This document shows, piece after piece, positions 39,119 through 48,080 of a stretch of DNA of 64,000 bases (position 1 is its first letter; each line of letters begins with the position of its first letter). This DNA is from Bacteroidales bacterium UBA5762. Lineage in GTDB: Bacteria > Bacteroidota > Bacteroidia > Bacteroidales > TTA-H9. The stretch covers positions 2,170 through 66,169 of the forward strand of contig DIEY01000100.1 of NCBI GenBank assembly GCA_002418865.1, in the 5' to 3' direction. The position numbers were made by a program, and so were the translations under genes. The notes under the pieces were generated by a model, which searched no databases, was not told where the DNA came from, and saw only the letters and a program-made list of their open reading frames with translations.

Positions 39119-40249
39119 ATGAACCACGATAGATTGAATAAGGTGGAAAATCAAGACGAGAATCTCAGTTCTCAAGAGCAGGAATTGATTCGCGTCGGTT
39201 TAACCCAAGGCGATTTTAATGGAATAGGATATGAAGTCATTTTGAAAGCCCTTTCCGAAATTGGAAATTCATGCAATTTCATTCCTGTTTTATATGGTTC
39301 TTCGAAAATAGTCTCTTATCATAGAAAAACCCTGAGTATTCCCGATTTGCCATTCAATCATGTTCGAAAGGCATCACAAATCCAAGCTCAAAAAGTCAAT
39401 ATCGTAAATATCACGGATAAAGAAATTAGAGTAAGTCTGGGGCAATCTACCCCAGAAGCAGGAGAAATGGCATACCTATCTCTTAAAGAAGCTTGTAAAG
39501 ATTTAGAAGAAGAACTGATTGACGTTTTAGTCACTGCTCCTATCAATAAATACAATATCCAATCTGACGAATTCCAGTTCATAGGGCATACTGAATATTT
39601 AGCGCATAGATTCAATGCTCACAATACTATCATGATAATGGTGAGCAACGATTTAAAGTTAGGTTTTGTTACCAATCATCTTCCCATCCGACAAATAGCC
39701 GATGCAATTACTACAGAGCTTATCTATAATAAGATTAAAGCCTTGGATTTGTCTTTATTTCAGGATTTTGGCATTAGCCATCCCAAGATTGCTGTTCTAA
39801 GTCTCAATCCTCATGCTGGAGATAATGGTTTATTGGGAAATGAAGAAAAAGATATTATCAATCCTGCCATTCATCAAGCTTATGAAGAAGGAATTCTTGC
39901 ATTTGGCCCTTATCCGGCAGATGGATTCTTCGGAATGAATCTTTATAAAAAATTCGAGGGAGTGTTAGCCATGTACCACGATCAGGCTTTGCCAGTATTT
40001 AAGCTTTTGGCACAAGGTTATGGTGTAAATTTTACGGCTGGTCTTCCATTCGTGAGAACATCCCCAACTCATGGTACGGCTTACGATATTGCAGGAAAAG
40101 ATTTAGCCTCGCATTATTCCATGAGAGAAGCCATTTATTTGGCTATAGATATTTTTAAAAATCGTCAAGAATATGCAAAAATGACAGCCAACCCACTTCG
40201 TTATTCTACTCAACATGGCCACGAAGAAACCGAAGAGGAAGAACTATAA
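39119..40249 (+). CDS. pdxA: 4-hydroxythreonine-4-phosphate dehydrogenase
   Basis: GDFNGIGYEVILKA, GHTEYLA, LNPHAGDNG and RTSPTHGTAYDIAG. The start is 1 nt after the pepA stop. Confidence 0.9.
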   Translation: MNHDRLNKVENQDENLSSQEQELIRVGLTQGDFNGIGYEVILKALSEIGNSCNFIPVLYGSSKIVSYHRKTLSIPDLPFNHVRKASQIQAQKVNIVNITDKEIRVSLGQSTPEAGEMAYLSLKEACKDLEEELIDVLVTAPINKYNIQSDEFQFIGHTEYLAHRFNAHNTIMIMVSNDLKLGFVTNHLPIRQIADAITTELIYNKIKALDLSLFQDFGISHPKIAVLSLNPHAGDNGLLGNEEKDIINPAIHQAYEEGILAFGPYPADGFFGMNLYKKFEGVLAMYHDQALPVFKLLAQGYGVNFTAGLPFVRTSPTHGTAYDIAGKDLASHYSMREAIYLAIDIFKNRQEYAKMTANPLRYSTQHGHEETEEEEL

Positions 40250-40262
40250 TCTTTAGCCTGCA

Positions 40263-42740
40263 ATGGATTATACCATCTCATCGCTTGCAAATCTCGTCTC
40301 TCCTCATTGGGTTTCACTTCCTTACCCAAACGATGCGATTCATTTTCTACTTACCGATAGCCGACGACTGATAGAGGCAAAGTCTACGCTTTTTTTCGCC
40401 ATCGCTACTTCACGCAATGATGGCCACCGCTATATTGAAGATCTTTTCAGAAAAGGAGTAAGAAATTTCGTCATCACTAATACCCAAATCTTCCCTAATT
40501 TATTAGAACATGCCAATCTGATTCAAGTTGAAAATTCAGTACATGCATTACAAAAGATTGCTGCTGCTCATAGGGCTGCATTTCAAATACCTGTTTTAGG
40601 AATCACAGGAAGTAACGGAAAAACCATTGTAAAGGAATGGCTCACTCAGATTCTATCTACTCAACTCTCTATTTGTGCTAGTCCAGATAGTTACAACTCT
40701 CAGATTGGCGTGCCTCTTTCGGTATGGCAATTAAACAGCCATCATCAACTGGGAATATTCGAGGCAGGCATATCGCAACCAAACGAAATGGAAAATCTTC
40801 AAAGAATAATTCGACCTAACTACGGAATCTTTACTAACATTGGACAGGCTCATTCTGAAAACTTCAATTCCATAGAAGAAAAAGCAAAAGAGAAATTAAA
40901 ACTTTTCAAAGACTCAGAAGTATTGATTTATTGCAGAGACGACGAGGTTATTCATCAATTAATAAAAAAATATTTAAATAAAAAAATAAAACTTATTACC
41001 TGGGGCGAAAACCCAGAATCTACATTTCGACTTATCCATAAAACACGAAATGGCAAATCCACCATTCTTTCCATATATTTTAAAAAGCACGAGAAAGTTG
41101 TAGAATTACCTGTTAGCGATAATGCCTCCATAGAAAATGCGATGCATTGTTATACCTTTCTCGATTATTTAGGATGGGATGATAAAAAAAAGGCCGAGGC
41201 TATGCTTCAACTCCATCCTATTCCCATGCGAATGGAAATGATGGAAGGTATCAACCAATGCACATTGATTAACGATACTTACAACAGCGATATCAATTCT
41301 CTCGAGGTTGCTCTTGATTATTTGAATAGACAGGCTGGCGACCGTCCAACTACGGTAATTCTTTCTGATATATTACAGAGCGGGCAAAATCCTGCCGAGT
41401 TATACAAGCATGTCGCTCATTTGTTAAATCAAAAAAAAGTGGGACGAGTGATAGGCATAGGTTCTGAAATATCAAAATACGCAGGCTTATTCCCCATGCA
41501 GAAACAATTCTACATTTCTACTAACCAATTTATGGTCGAATTTCCCTTTTCAAGCCTCCAAAACGATGTCATTCTGCTTAAGGGAGCTCGTTCTTTCGAG
41601 TTCGAAAACATTACGCGATTATTGAGGCGACTTTCCCATCAAACTGTGCTCGAAATCAATCTGGAAAATCTGATTCACAATTTCAATTTTTATAAGCAGA
41701 AAACAAGACCAGGGACACTTACATTGGCCATGGTGAAGGCATTTGGCTATGGAAGTGGAATGCACGAAATAGCCGGTGCTCTGCAGCAAAATGGAGTGGA
41801 CTGGCTTGGTGTGGCTTATCCCGACGAAGGAGCTCAGCTTAGAAAAGCCGGAATCCAAACGCCGATTATGGTTATGAATCCCGAAAACGAAAATCTCGAT
41901 CTTATAACGCAATATCATTTAGAACCAGAAATATATAGCCAGACTACATTAACCGAGCTGGCATATTACTTATCTTATCACCGACCCGATTATTTTCCCT
42001 TTCCTGTTCATTTAAAATTCGATACAGGCATGCACAGATTAGGATTTTTGCCCGAACAACTCGATGAAGCCCTCAAGTTTCTTAAACATCATCCCGAAAT
42101 CAAAATAAAGTCGGTATTTTCGCACCTTGCTGCCAGTGAAGATCCAAATATGGATTATTTTACACGAAAACAAGCCGGAATTTTCGAAGAAATGGCACAG
42201 AAAACTATGGAAGCCTTAGGATATTCCATTATCAGGCATTTGGTCAATTCAGCCGGAATAATACGATTTCCTGAGTATCATTACGAAATGGTACGCATTG
42301 GGCTCGGATTGTATGGAATAGGTCACGACCAACCAACACAGCGCTCGCTCCAATTAGTAAGCAAATTCTCGTCAGTAATCTCTCAAATTAAAATGATTCG
42401 CAAAGGCGAAGGAATAGGCTACAATCTGAGATGGAAGGCGCCTGCCGACACCCTTATCGGGATTGTCCCTGTGGGTTATGCCGATGGATTGCGAAGAGAA
42501 TTGGCGTCCAAAGGATTTTGTTTTAGCGTACATGGTCATATAGCTCCTTTAATTGGTACCATTTCTATGGATATGTGTGCCATTGATTTAACCGGCACAA
42601 ACGCAACAGAAGGCGACCCAGTCATCATTTTCGACAATGCAGATACCATTCACCAACTTTCTCGTTTACTTAATACCATCCCTTACGAAATATTAACTTC
42701 TATCTCCCAACGAGTTAGAAGAGTATATCTCATGGGTTAA
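40263..42740 (+). CDS. bifunctional UDP-MurNAc-tripeptide:D-Ala-D-Ala ligase (MurF) / alanine racemase (Alr)
   Basis: The N-terminal half has the Mur ligase P-loop (GITGSNGKT). The C-terminal half has the PLP-binding Alr motif (AMVKAFGYGSG) and PVGYADG. Confidence 0.9.
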   Translation: MDYTISSLANLVSPHWVSLPYPNDAIHFLLTDSRRLIEAKSTLFFAIATSRNDGHRYIEDLFRKGVRNFVITNTQIFPNLLEHANLIQVENSVHALQKIAAAHRAAFQIPVLGITGSNGKTIVKEWLTQILSTQLSICASPDSYNSQIGVPLSVWQLNSHHQLGIFEAGISQPNEMENLQRIIRPNYGIFTNIGQAHSENFNSIEEKAKEKLKLFKDSEVLIYCRDDEVIHQLIKKYLNKKIKLITWGENPESTFRLIHKTRNGKSTILSIYFKKHEKVVELPVSDNASIENAMHCYTFLDYLGWDDKKKAEAMLQLHPIPMRMEMMEGINQCTLINDTYNSDINSLEVALDYLNRQAGDRPTTVILSDILQSGQNPAELYKHVAHLLNQKKVGRVIGIGSEISKYAGLFPMQKQFYISTNQFMVEFPFSSLQNDVILLKGARSFEFENITRLLRRLSHQTVLEINLENLIHNFNFYKQKTRPGTLTLAMVKAFGYGSGMHEIAGALQQNGVDWLGVAYPDEGAQLRKAGIQTPIMVMNPENENLDLITQYHLEPEIYSQTTLTELAYYLSYHRPDYFPFPVHLKFDTGMHRLGFLPEQLDEALKFLKHHPEIKIKSVFSHLAASEDPNMDYFTRKQAGIFEEMAQKTMEALGYSIIRHLVNSAGIIRFPEYHYEMVRIGLGLYGIGHDQPTQRSLQLVSKFSSVISQIKMIRKGEGIGYNLRWKAPADTLIGIVPVGYADGLRRELASKGFCFSVHGHIAPLIGTISMDMCAIDLTGTNATEGDPVIIFDNADTIHQLSRLLNTIPYEILTSISQRVRRVYLMG

Positions 42741-42753
42741 AAACTATTCTCTC

Positions 42754-45054
42754 ATGGAACAAGCCACCTTGAGTATTATAATTCCTGCTTATAACGAAGA
42801 AAGAACCATTGCAGAAGTTACGCGTAGGGTTTGGGAAACACCATTACAAGAAAACGTTACTCGCGAAATTATCATCGTAGACGACGGAAGCAAAGATGCA
42901 ACCGTAAAAGTAGTAAAAGAATTCTTGAATCAAAATAACGACAAGAATATCCGATTGATCGAATGTGGGAAAAATCGTGGGAAAGGAGCAGCTATTCGTG
43001 AAGGAATAAAACAGGCCAGTGGCAAATGGATCATTATTCAAGATGCAGATATGGAATATAATCCTCGAGATTACAATATCTTGCTTCAACCTGCACTCGA
43101 AGGATATGCCGATGTGGTTTACGGGTCGAGATTTGTGGGAGGCAATCCTCACCGCATCCTATTTTTTTGGCATTCTATCGGAAATAAATTCCTTACTTTT
43201 ATTTCGAATGCTTTCACTAATCTCAATCTCAGCGACATGGAAACCGGCTATAAACTGTTTAGAGCCGATATATTAAAGAGTATAGAATTAGAAGAGAATC
43301 GTTTCGGATTCGAAACAGAGGTTACAGCAAAGATTGCCCGAATACCTGGAATTCGTATCTACGAAGTAGGTATTGCCTACTATGGCCGAACCTATGAAGA
43401 AGGGAAAAAAATAAAGGCAAAAGATGGATTTCGTGCATTATACACTATTCTAAAATATAACCTCCAACGCAAAAATCCCCGACGTCCTGTTGCCTTGGCT
43501 ATTACCCTGCTTTTATTGTTCATACTTGGTTTGAAAATCAATGATTATTACAAGGGAAAACCATTCAATTTCACTGTCAACGATGCGGGTGAATATTACC
43601 AGTATCTGCCTGCTCTTTTCATTCATCACGATCTTGGATTTAGCTTTCTCGATAAAACAACTCCTGCCGAATACATACATTATTATAAATTTTCGGCCCT
43701 TCGTTTAGAAAATGGAAAAGCTACAGGTAAAATGAGTTTGGGCATGGCTATGATGCTTACCCCAGGTTTCCTCATCGCTCATGGTATAGCCTTATTAACT
43801 GGCTTACCTGCCGATGGATTCTCGCCTCCTTATCAATGGGCAATTCTCCTGAGTAATTTACTTTTTTTAGGACTTGGAATCTACTTTACGCTCAAAACCC
43901 TTTTCCGTTATTTCGACAGCATTGCCTCGGTGGTAACCATTATTATGTTAGTGCTTGCAACTAACGTATTGGCTTATGTTTACCTGCATCCTGGATATTC
44001 CCACATCTTTACTTTTGGTTTAATGGGAATGCTCTTGTATGTAACCGATAGTTTTTATCGCAAACCATCCATCGGGCTGGCCATTAAGTCAGGTTTGCTT
44101 ATGGGTTTTATCAGTCTCATACGACCGAGCAACACAATAGTCGGACTGCTATTTTTGCTTTGGGGAACGCTTTCAGTTGGCGACTTAAAAAAAAGATTCC
44201 AATTTTTCATAAAGAATTATCATCTGGCTTTGATAATTGTTGCTTCAATCCTCATAGTCTGGCTGCCACAAATGATTTATTGGAAATGGGTAAGCGGCAA
44301 GTTTTTCTTATACACTTATGGACTAAAGGAAGAAAGATTTTATTTTGGTAATCCTCAAATAATTAATGTTTTACTAAGCTATCGCAATGGATGGCTGGTT
44401 TATTCCCCTCTGTTTTTCCTTGCATTGCTTGGTTTTATTTTTATGATAAAGAACAAAAACCGACAAGTGTTAGCCATAGGTTTATATTTTATTGGACTGG
44501 TATATATTATTTCATCGTGGTGGTGCTGGTGGTATGGGGGTTCGTTTGGAGCTCGTAGCTTAATAGATGCCTACCCGGCTCTGGCTTTCCCATTAGCAGC
44601 TTTCTTCGAAAAAACCGAAAAAACTCCTTGGTGGATACAAGTCTTACTACTTGTTGTGTGCGCTTATCTCATCCATCTGAATTACTATCAATCTTATCAA
44701 TATTCCAAAGGAATCATACATTGGGATGGAATGTCGAAAGAAGCCTATTGGAGATCTATAAAAGAAAAACATCCTCAAAAAGATTATTATCAATTATTTG
44801 TAATTCCCAATACGCCTTATGCCCAAAAAGGAATTTATTTCGTACACGATACCTTGAACATTCGAAAGCCTCAAACTTTGGGAGAGAAAGAATTTATCGA
44901 AAAAATAAAAAGCAATATTCGGATTAATAAAGAATGGATGCAAGTAATAGAAGAAAAAGCCAAACGAAAAGGAATATCTATTGATTCTATGGTCACACTC
45001 GATGCTCTACACGTTTTCAAAACTAGATATCACGACAAAGTTCCAAAACAATAG
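42754..45054 (+). CDS. fusion of a GT2 polyprenol-phosphate glycosyltransferase-like domain (aa ~1-235) with a large polytopic GT-C-like membrane domain
   Basis: GT2 motifs LSIIIPAYNEE, IIVDDGSKD and QDADMEY (DxD). About 12 hydrophobic segments follow, beginning with a conserved loop VNDAGEYYQYLPALFIHHD. The start is 13 nt after the murF-alr stop. Confidence 0.75.
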   Translation: MEQATLSIIIPAYNEERTIAEVTRRVWETPLQENVTREIIIVDDGSKDATVKVVKEFLNQNNDKNIRLIECGKNRGKGAAIREGIKQASGKWIIIQDADMEYNPRDYNILLQPALEGYADVVYGSRFVGGNPHRILFFWHSIGNKFLTFISNAFTNLNLSDMETGYKLFRADILKSIELEENRFGFETEVTAKIARIPGIRIYEVGIAYYGRTYEEGKKIKAKDGFRALYTILKYNLQRKNPRRPVALAITLLLLFILGLKINDYYKGKPFNFTVNDAGEYYQYLPALFIHHDLGFSFLDKTTPAEYIHYYKFSALRLENGKATGKMSLGMAMMLTPGFLIAHGIALLTGLPADGFSPPYQWAILLSNLLFLGLGIYFTLKTLFRYFDSIASVVTIIMLVLATNVLAYVYLHPGYSHIFTFGLMGMLLYVTDSFYRKPSIGLAIKSGLLMGFISLIRPSNTIVGLLFLLWGTLSVGDLKKRFQFFIKNYHLALIIVASILIVWLPQMIYWKWVSGKFFLYTYGLKEERFYFGNPQIINVLLSYRNGWLVYSPLFFLALLGFIFMIKNKNRQVLAIGLYFIGLVYIISSWWCWWYGGSFGARSLIDAYPALAFPLAAFFEKTEKTPWWIQVLLLVVCAYLIHLNYYQSYQYSKGIIHWDGMSKEAYWRSIKEKHPQKDYYQLFVIPNTPYAQKGIYFVHDTLNIRKPQTLGEKEFIEKIKSNIRINKEWMQVIEEKAKRKGISIDSMVTLDALHVFKTRYHDKVPKQ

Positions 45055-45074
45055 CAAAATTTTGAGAATCAAGC

Positions 45075-46484
45075 ATGACATTCAATTCACTGCCTTTTCT
45101 TATTTTTCTGCCTATTGTCGTCATCACATATTATCTTTTAGCACCAAAGTGGCGATGGATAATGCTACTCGCGGCCAGTTACTTGTTTTATATGTGGTGG
45201 AATCCAGCCTATATCATTTTAATTCTTTTTTCAACCCTTATTAATTTTTACTCGAGTCATGCCATCGAAAGACATGCATCAAAACAACAAAAGAAAAAAT
45301 ATCTTTACTTATGCTTAATTACCAATTTAGGAATTTTATTTATCTTTAAATATTATGGCTTATTTACACAAGCCTTCATGGGTATTGCCGATATTTTTGG
45401 TGTAAAAGCCCGCTTGCCTTTTCTCAATTTATTACTTCCAGTAGGAATCTCATTTTATACTTTCCAAACTTTAAGTTATACCCTAAATGTATATTTTGGG
45501 AAACAAAAAGCGGAAAAACATCTCGGATATTTTGCTCTTTTTGTTACTTTCTTTCCTCAGTTAGTAGCCGGACCCATAGAGCGCTATGATAGGCTTACAC
45601 CTCAGTTGAAAACCCCACATTATCCTTCATACGAAAACTTTTCCAATGGTTTTAGGCTAATCATTTTCGGATTATTCATCAAAATGGTTATTGCAGACAA
45701 TTTAGCTCCTTACGTAGAAGAAATTTACAGTCAACCTGCGGCATACAACACTTTTCACCTTATGGCAGGGCTTGGGTTTTATTCCTTTCAGATTTATGCC
45801 GATTTTTATGGATATTCGACCATAGCCCTTGGTTCGGCTCTACTAATAGGGGTCAATTTAATGGATAATTTCAAGACTCCTTATTTATCGGCAAGCATTC
45901 GGGAATTTTGGAGACGCTGGCATATCAGTCTTAGTACATGGTTCCGCGATTATGTTTATATTCCTCTTGGAGGCAACCGTGTAAAATGGAGCAGATGGGC
46001 ACTTAATATCTTCATAGTTTATACACTGAGCGGATTGTGGCATGGCGCCAATTGGACATTTTTAATTTGGGGAAGTATTTTTGGTCTTATGTTCATTATT
46101 GAAAGATTTTTCTACGAACGCTTCGGAATTATCAGTACACAGAAATGGGGAATAAGAAGAATTTTTGGCGTGCTCATCACTTTTGTAATCGTCACTCTTG
46201 CATGGATTTTTTTCCGTAGCAGCTCATTATCGAATGCCCTCTCCATGTTCGAGGCATTATGGAATAACACTGTATTGGCCGATCCATGGCGGCCCGATCC
46301 TTTTATAATGTTCTGGCTTGGATTGTTCATTATTCTCGATATACTCCTTTTTAACAACCGTTTCGATCAATGGTGCTCTAAAAAACCTTTATGGCTGAGA
46401 TGGACTATCTACACATTGCTCATTTTCGGTATCACAGCCTTTAGTGGAATAGATAATCAACCCTTTATATATTTCCAGTTCTGA
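45075..46484 (+). CDS. MBOAT family membrane-bound O-acyltransferase (AlgI/DltB/PatA-like)
   Basis: Polytopic protein with MBOAT signatures FFPQLVAGPIERY and the invariant His region FWRRWHISLSTWFRDYVYIPLGG. Confidence 0.9.
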   Translation: MTFNSLPFLIFLPIVVITYYLLAPKWRWIMLLAASYLFYMWWNPAYIILILFSTLINFYSSHAIERHASKQQKKKYLYLCLITNLGILFIFKYYGLFTQAFMGIADIFGVKARLPFLNLLLPVGISFYTFQTLSYTLNVYFGKQKAEKHLGYFALFVTFFPQLVAGPIERYDRLTPQLKTPHYPSYENFSNGFRLIIFGLFIKMVIADNLAPYVEEIYSQPAAYNTFHLMAGLGFYSFQIYADFYGYSTIALGSALLIGVNLMDNFKTPYLSASIREFWRRWHISLSTWFRDYVYIPLGGNRVKWSRWALNIFIVYTLSGLWHGANWTFLIWGSIFGLMFIIERFFYERFGIISTQKWGIRRIFGVLITFVIVTLAWIFFRSSSLSNALSMFEALWNNTVLADPWRPDPFIMFWLGLFIILDILLFNNRFDQWCSKKPLWLRWTIYTLLIFGITAFSGIDNQPFIYFQF

Positions 46485-48013
46485 TGAAGCCGCTTGCCGC
46501 CAAAATATTGCCCCGCCTTTTCATATTAGCCATTATTGCTTTTCTATTGAATTGGATCTATACCGTTGAGTTTTATCCCCGCGACCTGAAAAAAATCGAC
46601 TTACTCGATTCTCTCCAGAAAGTTATACCTCAATCCGATGTCATCTATTTCGGAGAATCATCCAATTTTAGTTTTATATATGAAGACTACGATCAACGCC
46701 GCATAAGTGATTTCATAACTGATTATTTTCCGGGACTGCAAATGGGTACGGTCAATAAAGGAGCCTTGCATGCCGGCATCTATCTGAGACTGCTGCAGCA
46801 AATTCCACCTGAGGCTCCCGTAAAAACAATAATTATTACCATGAACCTGCGTTCCTTCTCTGCCGACTGGATTTATTCGAAACTCGAAAACGTGTTACAA
46901 CGCGACATGGTTCTTATTAGCGATGGACCTCCACTTTGGAATCGATTCCGTTTAGGACTCAAGGCTTATGATAATAAAACCTCCATGCAGCGTAGCCTGC
47001 AGGTAAAACATGCTCTAAAAACCCAAGCTTTACCTGTTGACCCTCCTTGCAACTTCCCCAATGCGGCCGCATGGATAGAAACCATCAAGAAATCGCCAAC
47101 TTATCCCTTGATTGAAGATAGTGTAGCAAAAGCACTGGCCGTTTCATTCGTCATCAATTATGGTTTTCAAATCGATACCATGGATAATCCAAGAATTCAT
47201 GATTTTGATGATATCGTAAAATACGCTCACCAAAGAGGTTGGCAGGTAATATTGAATATTTTACCTGAAAATACACAGCTATCTTCTGCATTATTAGGGC
47301 CATGTCTTAAAAAACTAATGATGAGCAATGCAGAATTGCTCACCAAAAGATACGAAAGTCAAGGTGCAATCGTAGTAAATAATCTCGAGTTGGTTGATTC
47401 ATCACACTTCAGCGATAAAAAATGGCCAACCGAGCATTACGATGAGTATGGTCGAAAAATGGTAGCCCGTCAAATAGCTCTAAGCATGAAAAATCTTTAT
47501 CCAAACTATTTTTCCGATGTATTCATGAAATCCAATTTCACTTGTGATTACGAAACCCCATCACCCTTTTTTCTTACACTTAGAAAAGATTCAACTTGCT
47601 CTCGTTCGGGAAAATTTGCCGAGAGACTCGATACGAATAACGCATTTGGAGCCAGATTTGTCAGACATTATTACGAAGTGAAAACTCTTAATCCTCAAAA
47701 AATTACTGCCAGCGGATGGTTTACTGGAAACTATCAGCCTAAGGATGTAAAACTCATCATTAGCATCGAAGATGATAAGAAACAAAGCAAACTTTGGACG
47801 GCTAGCGTTTCGAAAGACATGGAAAATGGGAAATGGGCTTCACTACAAGTGAGTGCAACTATTCCCGAGAATTTCGGCCCTAATGATGTAATAAAAGTAT
47901 ATTTCTGGTACACAGGGAAAAACTCGGTCTGGATAGATGATGTAAACATTACGCTACAAACTGAGAATTTGAACACTGAATCCGATACAATTTCTTCTTT
48001 AATCGAAAATTAA
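46484..48013 (+). CDS. membrane-anchored extracytoplasmic protein: SGNH/DltD-like N-terminal domain (tentative) plus C-terminal beta-sandwich (CBM-like) domain; probable partner of the MBOAT protein
   Basis: Its ATG overlaps the MBOAT stop (TGATG). Single N-terminal TM helix. GDS-like block VIYFGESSN and block-V-like WPTEHYDEYGRKMVARQIA. The C-terminal 160 aa are homologous to the C-terminus of the next gene. Confidence 0.6.
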   Translation: MKPLAAKILPRLFILAIIAFLLNWIYTVEFYPRDLKKIDLLDSLQKVIPQSDVIYFGESSNFSFIYEDYDQRRISDFITDYFPGLQMGTVNKGALHAGIYLRLLQQIPPEAPVKTIIITMNLRSFSADWIYSKLENVLQRDMVLISDGPPLWNRFRLGLKAYDNKTSMQRSLQVKHALKTQALPVDPPCNFPNAAAWIETIKKSPTYPLIEDSVAKALAVSFVINYGFQIDTMDNPRIHDFDDIVKYAHQRGWQVILNILPENTQLSSALLGPCLKKLMMSNAELLTKRYESQGAIVVNNLELVDSSHFSDKKWPTEHYDEYGRKMVARQIALSMKNLYPNYFSDVFMKSNFTCDYETPSPFFLTLRKDSTCSRSGKFAERLDTNNAFGARFVRHYYEVKTLNPQKITASGWFTGNYQPKDVKLIISIEDDKKQSKLWTASVSKDMENGKWASLQVSATIPENFGPNDVIKVYFWYTGKNSVWIDDVNITLQTENLNTESDTISSLIEN

Positions 48014-48080
48014 TCACTCCAAATAAATTTTCTATCTTTCAAAAATTTATATCACTTACTATTGAATTAATAACACATTT

